Made by a program: the position numbers and the translations under genes
Part shown: piece after piece, positions 38,193-48,557 of the stretch
Position numbering within the stretch: the stretch's first letter is position 1
Layout of the letters: each line of letters starts with the position of its first letter
Assembly: GCA_043779265.1 (NCBI GenBank)
Contig: JAYWEM010000002.1
Span: 1 to 50,500, forward strand
DNA: 50,500 nucleotides
DNA from: a bacterium
GTDB lineage: Bacteria; Eisenbacteria; RBG-16-71-46
Reading direction: 5' to 3'
Notes under the pieces: generated by a model
What the model was told of the DNA's origin: nothing
Databases searched by the model: none
Seen by the model: the letters and a program-made list of their open reading frames with translations, nothing else

Positions 38193-39373
38193 GTCGCGAG
38201 CCTGCGAAGATCTCGCTGCGTTCCGGCGAGGACCGTCGAGTCCGAGGCGGACACCCTTGGGTGTTCAGCAACGAGATCGCCAGCTACGAAGGGGCGTTCG
38301 AGGATGGCGACGTCCTCGATGTGCTCGACTCGCGTGGTGCATTCCTCGGTCGGGCCTACGTCAATCGGCACAGTCTCATCGCCGCACGAGTTCTGACGCG
38401 CGGTCGGGATCCGATCGACACGGCGTTCTTCGTGCGCCGATTCGAACGCGCGAAGCGGCTTCGCGAGGGCGTCTATCCGGGCGAACAAGCCGTGCGCCTG
38501 GTCTACGGCGAGTCCGACCAGTTGCCCGGTCTCATCATCGACCGATACGGCGATGTGCTCTCGGTCCAGGTTCTGACGCGCGGGATGGAGAGCCAGGCGG
38601 TCGCGATCCGTGAGGCCATCACGCAGGTCTGGGCTCCCAAGGGAGTACTGCGGCTGGCGGACTCGCCCCTGCGCGCGCTCGAGGGCCTTCCGCTCGAGCG
38701 ATGCGTCTGGTGGGGAGAGGTGCCCGAACGGGTGCCGGTGAGGATCGGCGGATTCGATTTGGAACTCGACCTGATGCACGGGCAGAAGACCGGGTCGTTC
38801 CTGGACCAGCGAGAGAACCGTCGGTCGGCCGAGTCGCGTGCCAAGGGGCGGCGTGCCCTGGACGCGTTCTGTTACCAGGGCGAGTGGGCGATGCACCTGG
38901 CGCGCGGTGGGGCGACATCGGTGCTCGCGCTCGACTCGAGCGAGCCGGCGCTCGCGTTGGGACGCGCGCATGCCGAGCGCAATGGCCTCGCGGATCGTAT
39001 CGAGTTCCTCCGGGAGGATGCGTTCAAGGCGCTGCGGCGATTGGAGTCGGCGGGCGAGCGGTTCGGCCTGATCGTTCTCGACCCCCCGGCGATGATCAAG
39101 TCGCGCCGCCATACGGCCGCGGGCGCCAAGGCCTATCGGGATCTGAACCGCGCCGCGATGTCCATTCTCGAGGAGGAGGGTCTGCTCATCACGTGCTCCT
39201 GTAGCCACCACCTCGATGATGCGATGTTCCGGCAGGTGCTACTCGAGTCGGCGCGTCAGGCCAAGCGCCCGATGCGCGTGCTGGAGTGGGCCGGCGAGGC
39301 TCCCGATCATCCGCAGTTGCTCGCGGTCCCGGAGACGCACTACCTCAAGTGCGCAGTGCTCCAGGCGCTCTGA
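38189..39373 (+). CDS. Class I SAM-dependent rRNA methyltransferase (RlmI-like, PUA domain)
   Basis: GHPWVFSNE, ESDQLPGLIIDRY, GQKTG..LDQRENR, LDPP, TCSCS, PETHYLK. Confidence 0.92.
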   Translation: MSREPAKISLRSGEDRRVRGGHPWVFSNEIASYEGAFEDGDVLDVLDSRGAFLGRAYVNRHSLIAARVLTRGRDPIDTAFFVRRFERAKRLREGVYPGEQAVRLVYGESDQLPGLIIDRYGDVLSVQVLTRGMESQAVAIREAITQVWAPKGVLRLADSPLRALEGLPLERCVWWGEVPERVPVRIGGFDLELDLMHGQKTGSFLDQRENRRSAESRAKGRRALDAFCYQGEWAMHLARGGATSVLALDSSEPALALGRAHAERNGLADRIEFLREDAFKALRRLESAGERFGLIVLDPPAMIKSRRHTAAGAKAYRDLNRAAMSILEEEGLLITCSCSHHLDDAMFRQVLLESARQAKRPMRVLEWAGEAPDHPQLLAVPETHYLKCAVLQAL

Positions 39374-39377
39374 TCGA

Positions 39378-39656
39378 TCATCCCTTACGGGACTCGTCGA
39401 GAAAATTCATCCGCAGGTCGGTCAGGACCTGGGTGAGCACACGCGCCTCGTCGGGCTCGAGGTTGCCGCGGGTCCGCGACTCGATGGCGGCCAGCGTGTC
39501 GATGGCGGTCCGCGCGCCTTCCAGATTGCGCTCGATGCGCCCGCTCATCGGGTTGAGCAGCTTCCCGAGCCCCATCATGGCGGTTTGCTGGAGTCCCAGC
39601 ACCAACTGCAGGAACAGCGCCGCCTCGCGACCTCGATCCGGGGTCAATTCGTTCAT
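39378..39656 (-). CDS. DUF1844-type small protein
   Basis: ATG 39656; AMMGLGK..NP, ARTAIDTL, TRGNL, LRMNF; ATGA overlap with mazG. Confidence 0.85.
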   Translation of the reverse strand: MNELTPDRGREAALFLQLVLGLQQTAMMGLGKLLNPMSGRIERNLEGARTAIDTLAAIESRTRGNLEPDEARVLTQVLTDLRMNFLDESRKG

Positions 39657-40474
39657 CGGGGGTCCTCCTCCTGGCCGTGAGCCAGACGTTTGGCCTCGTC
39701 CCATAACTGGTCCATCTCCTCGAGCGTCGCGTCACGAGGTGTTCGCCCCTGCTCACCCAGTCGCTGCTCGACGTGCAGGAACCGATCCCGGAAGCGCTTC
39801 GTCGCCATTCGGAGTTCGCGCTCGGGATCGATCTTCAGGTGTCGAGAGAGATTGACGGTCGCGAAGAGCAGATCGCCGATCTCGGATGCCGTGTGGCGCG
39901 CATCCGGTGAGGCTCGGTGCAGGGCCTGATCGATCTCCTCGACCTCCTCGCGCACCTTCGCCAGCGGCCCTTCCGAGTCGGGCCAATCGAAACCCACCGC
40001 GGCCGCCTTCTCCTGGACACGGAACGAGGCGACCAGTGCAGGAAGGGCCTTCGGGATCTCGCCGATCAGGGAAGCGGGCTCGGCGCGACCTGCCTTCTCG
40101 GCCTTCTTGATCTCCTGCCACTGCTGGAACGCGGACTCCCCGTCCTGCAGCCGCTTGTCCCCATAGACGTGCGGGTGACGCCGAACCAGCTTGTCGGAGG
40201 CACGATCGAGCGCCGCCGCGATGCCGACACCCCATCGCTCTTCGCTGAGTTCCAGGCAGAAGAGCGCGAGGAACAGGAGATCGCCCAACTCCTCGATCGT
40301 GTCGTCCTGGCTCCCGCTGCCGATCGCGTCGACCGATTCGGCCGCTTCCTCCGTGAGGTAAGGCGTCATGGTCTCGAGCGTTTGCTCGCGGTCCCATGGG
40401 CAGCCATCAGGGCCGCGGAGGCGGCGACACACGGACAGGAGACGTGCGAAGGCTTCGAGCTCGGCGTCGGTCAT
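39653..40474 (-). CDS. mazG: Nucleoside triphosphate pyrophosphohydrolase (tandem-domain MazG)
   Basis: LRGPDGCPWDREQT, EELGDLL, KLVRRHPHV, GFDW, EIGDLLF, LWDEAK. Confidence 0.96.
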   Translation of the reverse strand: MTDAELEAFARLLSVCRRLRGPDGCPWDREQTLETMTPYLTEEAAESVDAIGSGSQDDTIEELGDLLFLALFCLELSEERWGVGIAAALDRASDKLVRRHPHVYGDKRLQDGESAFQQWQEIKKAEKAGRAEPASLIGEIPKALPALVASFRVQEKAAAVGFDWPDSEGPLAKVREEVEEIDQALHRASPDARHTASEIGDLLFATVNLSRHLKIDPERELRMATKRFRDRFLHVEQRLGEQGRTPRDATLEEMDQLWDEAKRLAHGQEEDPR

Positions 40475-40511
40475 GGCTGTGCGATTCGCTTGGAAGCGGA
40501 GGAGCGCATTA

Positions 40512-41114
40512 TCAGGCGGAGGTAGCTTCGACCGGACGGGACGCGCGACGACGTCGGATCGATCGCATCATCAGCACGATCCCGACGATCATGAGCCCGA
40601 GCGCCACGAGCGGGGCGAGAATGGCAAGGAGCGAGAGCGTGAGCGCCACGGCATCCTCGATGAACGAGAGAATGGGATTCGCCGCGCCCAAAGTGGTCAC
40701 CGAACTGCCGAGTCGCACCTTCGATTTCGTGGCATGGATTCCCAGCGCGCCAGCGCCGAGGACCAGTGCGGCCACCACTCCGACTGCGGGATGCACACCC
40801 GCGAAACCTGCCCACGCAGCCAGCGCCGCGGCGGCCGGGCGGATGAAGGTCGAGATGGCATCGAGCAGGTGATCGAGAGCGGGGACCTTGTCAGCGAGCA
40901 ATTCCAGCACGGTGGCGGTCGTCAGTGCCAGGATCGCGGCATCGCTCGCGATCCAGTGGATCGAATCGTCGAGTTGGAGGAGGCCCAGCTTCGCGCCCGC
41001 GGCCATCGCCAGCAGCGGCAGGAACGCCCTGAGCCCACATGCGGCCGCGATGGCAGTTCCGGCCACCGCTGCCAGCACGAAGGGGAGCCACGACGAGAGA
41101 TCCACCGCGTTCAT
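40512..41114 (-). CDS. DUF4126-type membrane protein
   Basis: ATG 41114 after GGAGG; GLRAFLPLL, ELLADKVP.LDHLLD, NPILSFIED. Confidence 0.88.
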   Translation of the reverse strand: MNAVDLSSWLPFVLAAVAGTAIAAACGLRAFLPLLAMAAGAKLGLLQLDDSIHWIASDAAILALTTATVLELLADKVPALDHLLDAISTFIRPAAAALAAWAGFAGVHPAVGVVAALVLGAGALGIHATKSKVRLGSSVTTLGAANPILSFIEDAVALTLSLLAILAPLVALGLMIVGIVLMMRSIRRRRASRPVEATSA

Positions 41115-41135
41115 TCGAGTCCTCCGAAGCACGGA

Positions 41136-41165
41136 TTGCGCCCGCGCGCGCAGGGTCGCTATCCT
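41136..41165 (+). promoter_or_regulatory. Putative promoter of the alr-deo operon
   Basis: TTGCGC, 18 bp, TATCCT. Confidence 0.4.
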
Positions 41166-41227
41166 CGCACGTTCGCGGCCAGCCTGAGCCGCGCAGTCTA
41201 CGCCAACGCGGAGCCTTCGTCGTGCCG

Positions 41228-42448
41228 ATGCCGATCTCCACCTGGGTCGAAGTCGACCTCGATCGCTTCGCCCGGAATCTCGAGCGCCTCCGCGAACTCG
41301 CGGGCCAGGAGCGCGAGCTCCTGCTGGTGGCGAAAGCCGATGCCTACGGCCACGGCGCGGTCGAGATGGCGCGAGCGGCCGAAGCGATCGGCGTCTCACG
41401 TTTCGGCGTCGCGACGTTGCACGAGGGATTGCAGCTGCACACCGCTGCGCGCACACGTTCGATCATCGTCCTCTCGCCACTGCTTCCGGCCGAGGTGGAG
41501 GAGGCTGTCGAGCACGGACTCGAGCCGACGCTTCCGGATCTCGTGCTCGCGCGGGCCGTCTCAGCGGCCGCCGATCGGATCGGTCGGCCGACCCGTGTCC
41601 ATGTCGAGGTGGATACCGGCATGGGGCGCACGGGGATCCGCGAAGATGAGGTCGTGCCCTTCTTGCAGACGCTCTCGCAGTTGCCGGGGCTGCGGCTGGC
41701 TAGCCTCTACACGCACTTCCCGGACGCGGATAGTGAGGATCTCTCGTTCGCACGCGGCCAGATCGAGCGATTCGCTCGATTGCTGGAACATCTCGATCGC
41801 TTGGGGCTCAGGCCGCCACGGGTTCACGCCGCGAACAGCGCGGGGTTCCTCAATCTCCCGGAAGCGCGGCTCGACTGGTCACGGTTGGGATTGAGTGCCT
41901 ATGGGGTCCACCCGCAACGAGACGAGTCCGCTCTGACGCTGGAGCCGGTGATGTCGCTTCGGAGCCGCGTGGTGCAACTGCGCTCCATGCCCGCCGACAC
42001 GCCGATCAGTTACTCACGCACGTACGTCACGCGAAGGCCGACGCGAATCGGGGTGGTACCGGTCGGCTATGGTCATGGGTACTCTTGGCTGCTCTCCGGG
42101 CGCGGCCGCATGCTCGTGGGGGGACGCAGTGCACCGATCCTGGGGCGAGTGACGATGGACCTCACGATGATCGATCTGACCGACCATGGCCACGTGGCCA
42201 TCGGCGACGAAGTCGTCCTTTTCGGGGAGCAGGGCACCGAGGTCCTGCCCATCGAGGAAGTCGCCAGCGGCAGTGAGACGCTTCCCTACGAGGTCCTTTG
42301 CACGATCGGCAAGCGAGTCACTCGGCTCTATCTTCAGGGCGGCGACGCGGTCCGGATGTCGACCCTCGTGGGTGAGCGAGAATCCTGGACGCGAGCCGCA
42401 TCGCACTACGTGCGCGCGCGCGCGCTCACCACTTCGGCGAGGAGCTGA
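41228..42448 (+). CDS. alr: Alanine racemase
   Basis: WVEVDL, AKADAYGHG (PLP lysine), DTGMGRTG, HAANS, ISYSRTY, GRVTMD, PYEVL; start ATG 41228 or GTG 41222. Confidence 0.93.
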   Translation: MPISTWVEVDLDRFARNLERLRELAGQERELLLVAKADAYGHGAVEMARAAEAIGVSRFGVATLHEGLQLHTAARTRSIIVLSPLLPAEVEEAVEHGLEPTLPDLVLARAVSAAADRIGRPTRVHVEVDTGMGRTGIREDEVVPFLQTLSQLPGLRLASLYTHFPDADSEDLSFARGQIERFARLLEHLDRLGLRPPRVHAANSAGFLNLPEARLDWSRLGLSAYGVHPQRDESALTLEPVMSLRSRVVQLRSMPADTPISYSRTYVTRRPTRIGVVPVGYGHGYSWLLSGRGRMLVGGRSAPILGRVTMDLTMIDLTDHGHVAIGDEVVLFGEQGTEVLPIEEVASGSETLPYEVLCTIGKRVTRLYLQGGDAVRMSTLVGERESWTRAASHYVRARALTTSARS

Positions 42449-42451
42449 CGA

Positions 42452-43618
42452 TTGCGCGTATTCCTGATCGTGCTGGATGGAGTGGGCATCGGCGAGTTGC
42501 CGGATGCGGGTGACTACGGGGACCGCGGCAGCCACACTCTGCTGCACGTGGCCGAAGCGGCTGGAGGACTCGAGGTGCCGGTGCTCGAGCGCCTGGGGCT
42601 GGGTTCGCTCGAGAAGCTGCCGGGCGTTCGCCGCCTCTCGGACCCCGAGGGCGCGCGGGCCATTCTGGCGCAGCGGTCGGCGGGCAAGGACAGTACGACG
42701 GGACACTGGGAGCTGATGGGGCTCACACTTGCGCAGCCTTTCCCGACCTATCCGAAGGGCTTCCCCGAAGCGCTGCTCGATCGCTGGAGCGAGCGTGTGG
42801 AGAGGGGGTGGCAGTTCAACGGCACGGCTTCCGGGACCGAGATCGTGCAGCGACTGGGCGAGGCCCATCAACGCACGGGTGACTTCATCGTCTACACCTC
42901 CGCCGACTCCGTGTTCCAGGTGGCGGCGCACGAGGACACGGTTCCACTCGAGGAGCTCTACCGTGCTTGCCGGACGGCGCGTGAGATCCTGAGCGGCGAG
43001 CATGCCGTTGGACGCGTGATCGCGAGACCTTTCAAGGGCGTTCCCGGCCAGTACGAACGCACGACGAACCGCCGCGACTTCTCGCTTCTCCCACCGGATC
43101 GGACCACGCTCGACTTGCTTCAGCAGGCCGGTCGTCGCACGGTGACGGTCGGCAAGGTGGACGACCTGTTCGCCGGGCGCGGCGTCTCGGACGCCATCCA
43201 CACGAAGGATAACGACGAGGGGCAGCAGGTGCTGCTCGATCTCGTCCGCCGCCCGGGGGAGGGGCTCGTGTTCGCCAACCTCGTCGACTTCGACTCGTTG
43301 TACGGCCATCGGAACGACCCGATCGGGTTCGCTCGTGCGCTCGCACAGTTCGATCCGGTGCTCGGGGAGTTGATAGGACATCTCCGATCGGACGAACTGG
43401 TGATGGTGACTGCGGACCATGGCAATGACCCGACCACGCCGAGCACGGATCACTCGCGTGAGCACGTGCCATTGCTGATCGCCGGCCCGAGAGTCAGCCG
43501 AGGTGCCGATCTCGGACGCCGCGAGACTTTCGCGGATGTCGGGGCCACGATCGCTGCGCTGCTGGATGTATCTGCACCTCCATCCGGGACGAGCTTCATC
43601 CGCGAGTTGAGATCATGA
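42452..43618 (+). CDS. deoB: Phosphopentomutase
   Basis: LIVLDGVGIG, GKDSTTGHWE, YTSADSVFQ, GRVIARPF, YGHRND, TADHGNDP, TDHSRE. Confidence 0.97.
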   Translation: MRVFLIVLDGVGIGELPDAGDYGDRGSHTLLHVAEAAGGLEVPVLERLGLGSLEKLPGVRRLSDPEGARAILAQRSAGKDSTTGHWELMGLTLAQPFPTYPKGFPEALLDRWSERVERGWQFNGTASGTEIVQRLGEAHQRTGDFIVYTSADSVFQVAAHEDTVPLEELYRACRTAREILSGEHAVGRVIARPFKGVPGQYERTTNRRDFSLLPPDRTTLDLLQQAGRRTVTVGKVDDLFAGRGVSDAIHTKDNDEGQQVLLDLVRRPGEGLVFANLVDFDSLYGHRNDPIGFARALAQFDPVLGELIGHLRSDELVMVTADHGNDPTTPSTDHSREHVPLLIAGPRVSRGADLGRRETFADVGATIAALLDVSAPPSGTSFIRELRS

Positions 43619-44016
43619 AGCCGCGCGAACTGATGCGCGAGGCCGAGCGTGCGCGGAGAGCCTCCTATTCCCCCTATTCGCGATTCTCAGTCGGCGCCGC
43701 ATTGCTCGGCGAGAGCGGCCGTGTCTACCACGGATGCAATGTCGAGAACGCTTCGCTTGGGCTCTCCAATTGTGCCGAGCGCACAGCGCTCTTCAAAGCG
43801 ATCAGCGAGGGCGAGCAGGCCTTCACGGCGATCGCCATCACCGCCGGGACCGGCAAGGGGGCCCCGCCGTGCGGGGCCTGTCGGCAGGTGCTCTCCGAGT
43901 TCGGACTCGATCTCTGGGTCCAGTATCGTGACATGCGTGGGCGCCTCGTGCGCCGGCGTCTGCGAGCGTTGCTCGCGGATGCGTTCCATCTCCGGAAGCC
44001 GGGAGGACGAGGATGA
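43615..44016 (+). CDS. cdd: Cytidine deaminase (homotetrameric type)
   Basis: PYSRF.VGAA, GCNVEN, CAERTA, PCGACRQ. Confidence 0.96.
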   Translation: MKPRELMREAERARRASYSPYSRFSVGAALLGESGRVYHGCNVENASLGLSNCAERTALFKAISEGEQAFTAIAITAGTGKGAPPCGACRQVLSEFGLDLWVQYRDMRGRLVRRRLRALLADAFHLRKPGGRG

Positions 44017-44924
44017 GCCGCGAACGCGACCAACTGGTCGATGAGATCACCCGCCAAGTGCTCGCTGCACTGGGCCCGCCCGCGGCGCGGCCGCAGGCGA
44101 CCTGGTCGGTCGAGGCGCATGCGCACGACGATGCGACGTGCGAACGCTGCCGCGTATGGGGGAATGGAGCCGTACGAGGGCCCGATGAGACTCGCGCGCT
44201 CGCCGCTGCGGGTGCCTCGCGCGTCGTCGCCACGGTCGGATACTGCCCGGCGTCGGATGGGCTCGCCTCGGTCATCGATCACACGCTCCTCAAGCCCGAT
44301 GCGACTCGCGAGGAGGTGGATCTGCTCTGCCGTGAGGCGGCCCAATTCTGCTTCGCCTCCGTCTGCGTCAATCCCAACTGGGTGGCACTCTGTCGCGAGA
44401 TCCTCCGGGATTCCGGCGTCAAGGTCTGCACGGTGATCGGGTTCCCGCTGGGTGCGCATCTACCGGATGTGAAGGCCTACGAAGCACGTCGCGCCGTGGA
44501 GCAGGGAGCCGAGGAAGTGGACATGGTTCTCAATGTCGGAGCGCTCAAATCGCGCGACTACGCGCTCGTCGAGCAGGACATCCATGGCGTCGTGCAGGCG
44601 AGTGGTCGTGGGACCGTGGTCAAGGTGATCCTTGAGACGTCGCTCTTGAGCCGAGACGAGAAGGTCATGGGGTGCACGCTCGCGAAGGCGGCGGGCGCTG
44701 ACTTCGTCAAGACCTCGACGGGATTCGGTGGGGGCGGTGCGACGATCGAGGATGTTCAGCTCATGCGCGACACCGTCGGGCCCGAGATGGGGGTCAAGGC
44801 GTCGGGCGGCGTCCGCACCCGAGACGATGTCGAGAAGATGGTCGCGGCAGGCGCCAGCCGCATCGGCGCGTCGGCGGGGGTGAAGATCGTCCGCGGCGAG
44901 GACGGTGAGGGGAAGGGTTACTGA
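44013..44924 (+). CDS. deoC: Deoxyribose-phosphate aldolase with an ~83-aa N-terminal extension
   Basis: [44 protein letters not shown]. Confidence 0.96.
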   Translation: MSRERDQLVDEITRQVLAALGPPAARPQATWSVEAHAHDDATCERCRVWGNGAVRGPDETRALAAAGASRVVATVGYCPASDGLASVIDHTLLKPDATREEVDLLCREAAQFCFASVCVNPNWVALCREILRDSGVKVCTVIGFPLGAHLPDVKAYEARRAVEQGAEEVDMVLNVGALKSRDYALVEQDIHGVVQASGRGTVVKVILETSLLSRDEKVMGCTLAKAAGADFVKTSTGFGGGGATIEDVQLMRDTVGPEMGVKASGGVRTRDDVEKMVAAGASRIGASAGVKIVRGEDGEGKGY

Positions 44925-44925
44925 C

Positions 44926-46230
44926 GTGGCGCTCGACATGCGCGCGTTCCTCCGTGCCAAGCGCGATGGCCAGCGACACTCGCCCGCCGAGATCCGTGAG
45001 GTCATCATGGCCTACACGCGTGGGGACATTCCCGACTATCAGGTGAGCGCGTGGTTGATGGCGGCGTTCGTGCGCGGGCTCTCCGAGGAAGAGACACAGG
45101 CGCTGACGGAAGCGCTGTTGCACTCCGGCCGCGTCTTCGACTGGAGAGCGCTCGGCCGCGAGTCCGCTGACAAGCACTCGACCGGAGGGGTGGGAGACAA
45201 GATCTCCCTTCCATTGGCGCCTCTCGTTGCCGCGTGTGGAGTCCTCGTGCCCATGGTTTCCGGCCGCGGACTCGGCCATACGGGAGGGACGCTCGACAAG
45301 CTGGAGTCCATTCCCGGGTTCAAGACGACGCTATCGCCGGAGGAGATGCACGCCCAGCTCGATCGCCTCGGGATCGTGATGGTGGGCCAGGGCCCTGACC
45401 TCGCACCCGCCGACGGGCTGCTCTACTCACTGAGAGATGTCACCTCCACCGTCGAGTCCCCGTCGTTCATCGTCCCGAGCATCGTGAGCAAGAAGATCGC
45501 CGAGGGTGCTGGCGCGGTCGTCTATGACGTCAAGTGCGGGAGCGGTGCGTTCATGCGCACGCTCGATGCCGCGAAGTCGCTGGCCGAGCGCCTGGTGGCC
45601 ACGACCCGGGGCCTTGGAGCGAAGTCGTCGGCGCTCGTGACCGAGATGAGCTTCCCGATCGGGCGGATGGTGGGCAACGCCCTCGAGGTTCGTGAGTCCT
45701 GCGACGTGTTGAGAGGCGGGGGCCCCGCCGACACTCGCGATCTCACCATCGAGCTGGCCGCTGTGATGCTACGGCTCGCCGGTGCGGTCGCGAGTGATGC
45801 CGAGGGCCGCTTGCTCGCTGAGCGTCGCTTGGACGATGGCTCGGCGTGGCAGTTGTTCCTCCGGATGGTCGAGGCTCAGGGTGGTGATCCCAGGGCTCTG
45901 GACGCGGTCTCGGATCTCCATCCCGCTCCCACCGTGATCGAGATCAGGGCCGAGCGCACGGCTTGGCTGTCCTCGTGTGACGGCTTCGCGCTGGGGGAGA
46001 TCGTCGTGGGCATCGGAGGTGGACGCCGAGCCAAGGCGGATCTCATCGACCCGAGAGTCGGCCTCGAGATGTGCGCAGCACGCGGTTCGCGCGTGGAGGC
46101 GGGATCGTTGTTGGCGCGCCTTCATCTCGCTTCGGTGGACGCGGCACTCGATGCTCGCGTTCGAGCCTGCTTCGGCTGGAGCGAGACCGAGCCGGCGCCC
46201 GTCCATCGGATCCTCGCCCGAATCGACTGA
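44926..46230 (+). CDS. pdp: Thymidine / pyrimidine-nucleoside phosphorylase
   Basis: KRDG, PDYQ.SAWLM, DKHSTGGVGDK, SGRGLGHTGGTLDKLESIPG, DVKCGSGAFM, GNALEV. Confidence 0.95.
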   Translation: MALDMRAFLRAKRDGQRHSPAEIREVIMAYTRGDIPDYQVSAWLMAAFVRGLSEEETQALTEALLHSGRVFDWRALGRESADKHSTGGVGDKISLPLAPLVAACGVLVPMVSGRGLGHTGGTLDKLESIPGFKTTLSPEEMHAQLDRLGIVMVGQGPDLAPADGLLYSLRDVTSTVESPSFIVPSIVSKKIAEGAGAVVYDVKCGSGAFMRTLDAAKSLAERLVATTRGLGAKSSALVTEMSFPIGRMVGNALEVRESCDVLRGGGPADTRDLTIELAAVMLRLAGAVASDAEGRLLAERRLDDGSAWQLFLRMVEAQGGDPRALDAVSDLHPAPTVIEIRAERTAWLSSCDGFALGEIVVGIGGGRRAKADLIDPRVGLEMCAARGSRVEAGSLLARLHLASVDAALDARVRACFGWSETEPAPVHRILARID

Positions 46231-46239
46231 ACCCTTGGC

Positions 46240-48396
46240 TCAGAGGCCGCGGATCCGCTCCTCCTCTCGCGCCCGGTCTTTGCGATCGAGTTGACGGAGG
46301 TCGCGTGCCTCCACCGGTCCTTCAGCAGGCCGAACGCCATCCACGGTGCGCTGGAGCGCATCCCCGGGATGAGCCGAGCAGAGTTCGGCGGGTTCCGCGC
46401 CTTCGGAGAACATCTCGGTGGTCGTGTTCGGGCAGGCCACCGTCGCCAGCATGTTCGTCTCCGCGCAGACGATGCTCTGCACCGTCCCCGCCGGAGCGGG
46501 GAAGTCCTCGACCGGGCGACCGCGCGTCGCGGCGATCATGACCTCGGTCCAGATCGGGAGTGCGGCGCGGCCGCCGGTCATCCCCGGACCGATGTAGCGC
46601 TTCTCGTCATAGCCCACCCAGACTCCGCAGACGAGGCTCGGGATGTAGCCGACGAACCAGGCGTCCTTGTACTCGTCCATCGTCCCGGTCTTGCCGGCGG
46701 CAGGCAGCGAGAACCCTGCCGCTCGCGCCGGGAACCCCGTGCCGTGATCCATGACGCTCTGGAGCATCGACGTCGTGGTCGCTGCGGTCCCCTCGGAGAG
46801 GACCGCGGTCGGACGCGGCGAGTGGCGCTCGAGAACCGTACCGGTCTTGTCCTCCACCTTCAGCACCATCACGGGCTCATTGCGCACTCCGCGGTCCGCC
46901 AGCACGCCATAGGCGGACGTGATCTCGAGTAGCGTCACCTCGCTGCTCCCGAGGGCGAGGGAGAGGTTCTGGCCGAGAGGGCTCTTGATGCCCATGCGAA
47001 GCGCATAACTGGCGACCAGGCTCGTTCCCACCTTCCGAAGCAGCTTGATTGCCGGGATGTTCACGGACTGCTGGAGCGCATACCTCAGCGTGACCGGTCC
47101 TCTGAACTTGTTGTCGTAGTTCTGCGGCTGATAGAGCTTGCCGTCGCCGCCGGGGAACGAGACGGGTTCGTCCACCACGATGTCCGTCGGCTTGAAACCG
47201 TTGTCGATCGCAGCGACGTAGACGAAGGGCTTGAAAGCCGAGCCGGGCTGCCGTTTGGCTTGCGTGGCGCGATTGAAATTGCTCTCGTTCCAGTCACGCC
47301 CACCGATCATCGCGCGCACGTGGCCATTGCGCGGGTCGATCGCGACCAGTGCCGACTGCAGGTAGGGTGTCTTCCCTCCGATCCCGCCCGCTGCCGTGAA
47401 TGACGTGTGCGTCGTCTTCAACTTCATGTCGGCCTCGAGCTTCGTCATGTGACGCTCGAGTGCTCGCTCGGCTGCCTCCTGAGTCTCGATATCGAGGGTC
47501 GTGTGCACCTTCATACCGCCCTCGTAGACGGCATTCGATCCGTACTTGTCGTCCAGGTAGATGCGCACCCACTCGACGAAGTAGGGTGCGCGGTCGTTGC
47601 TGTACCGCGTGGCCGTCACCCCCAGGTCGCTCTGGATCGCCGCATCGAACTCCACCTGCGTGACGGCCTTCGTGACCAGCATGTTCCGGAGCACCTTGGA
47701 GCGGCGCGCGAGCGCGGCCTGCGGGCGCCGACGAGGGGAGTAGTTGCTCGGGTTGGCGGGGATTCCAGCCAGCAGCGCGCACTCCTCGAGTCCGAGTTCG
47801 CCAAGCGGCTTGGCGAAGAAAGTCTTGGCCGCTGCCTCGACGCCGTAGGCGCCCTCGCCGAAGTAGATCTGATTGAAATACATCTCGAGGATCTGATCCT
47901 TCGAGTAGTTCCGCTCGAGCTCGATCGCCAGCGCGACTTCCTTGAGCTTGCGCGTGAAGCTCCGCTCATGCGTGAGGAATAGGTTGCGCGCCAGCTGCTG
48001 GGTGATCGTGCTCCCGCCCTGCGTCCGTCGCATGTGCATGATGTCCGTGACCGCGGCTCGTCCGACGCCCCACAGATCGACGCCCCAGTGGCGGTAGTAG
48101 TTGCGGTCCTCGGTCGAGAGCGTCGCGTTCACCAGGTGCCGCGGGATGCTCTTGAGGGGCACCGTCGAGCGGTTCTCACGATAGAACTCGTGCAGGACAC
48201 GTCCGCGGCCGTCATACACGACCGTCTTGACGGGGGCCTGGATGGAGGCGATCTGCTCTGGGCTCGGCAGGTCCTGTCGAAGCCAGCGGACGAGTCCGAA
48301 CACGGCTCCGGCCGAGCCGAACACGGCGATCATCACCACCGTGAGGAAGAATCGCCAGGGGAAGTGGGTGCGTCGTCGTTCCGAGGGTCCCGTCAT
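46240..48396 (-). CDS. Class A penicillin-binding protein (PBP1A family)
   Basis: N-terminal TM; GT motifs EDRNYY.HWG, GGSTITQQL, RKLKE, KDQILEMYFN; TP motifs SAFK, SVN, KTG. Confidence 0.96.
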   Translation of the reverse strand: MTGPSERRRTHFPWRFFLTVVMIAVFGSAGAVFGLVRWLRQDLPSPEQIASIQAPVKTVVYDGRGRVLHEFYRENRSTVPLKSIPRHLVNATLSTEDRNYYRHWGVDLWGVGRAAVTDIMHMRRTQGGSTITQQLARNLFLTHERSFTRKLKEVALAIELERNYSKDQILEMYFNQIYFGEGAYGVEAAAKTFFAKPLGELGLEECALLAGIPANPSNYSPRRRPQAALARRSKVLRNMLVTKAVTQVEFDAAIQSDLGVTATRYSNDRAPYFVEWVRIYLDDKYGSNAVYEGGMKVHTTLDIETQEAAERALERHMTKLEADMKLKTTHTSFTAAGGIGGKTPYLQSALVAIDPRNGHVRAMIGGRDWNESNFNRATQAKRQPGSAFKPFVYVAAIDNGFKPTDIVVDEPVSFPGGDGKLYQPQNYDNKFRGPVTLRYALQQSVNIPAIKLLRKVGTSLVASYALRMGIKSPLGQNLSLALGSSEVTLLEITSAYGVLADRGVRNEPVMVLKVEDKTGTVLERHSPRPTAVLSEGTAATTTSMLQSVMDHGTGFPARAAGFSLPAAGKTGTMDEYKDAWFVGYIPSLVCGVWVGYDEKRYIGPGMTGGRAALPIWTEVMIAATRGRPVEDFPAPAGTVQSIVCAETNMLATVACPNTTTEMFSEGAEPAELCSAHPGDALQRTVDGVRPAEGPVEARDLRQLDRKDRAREEERIRGL

Positions 48397-48557
48397 GGTC
48401 GGCAGTGGCTCCTTTCACTCCGCGCGCAGCGTAGGAGCGGGGTCGGCGCGCCCGCAAGTCGGGCGCGGGCCGAAGCGGAGCGGAACAGAGCGTGCTGGAA
48501 GTGCAACGAGGGTCGCGGATAGACTCCCGCACTCGACCCGATCCGGAGGAGACCTGA

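Noticed and set aside
48397..48557. T-box riboswitch upstream of tyrS
   Set aside because: Only about 160 nt shared with the divergent PBP1A gene; no GGTGGNACCGCG T-box motif or terminator seen.
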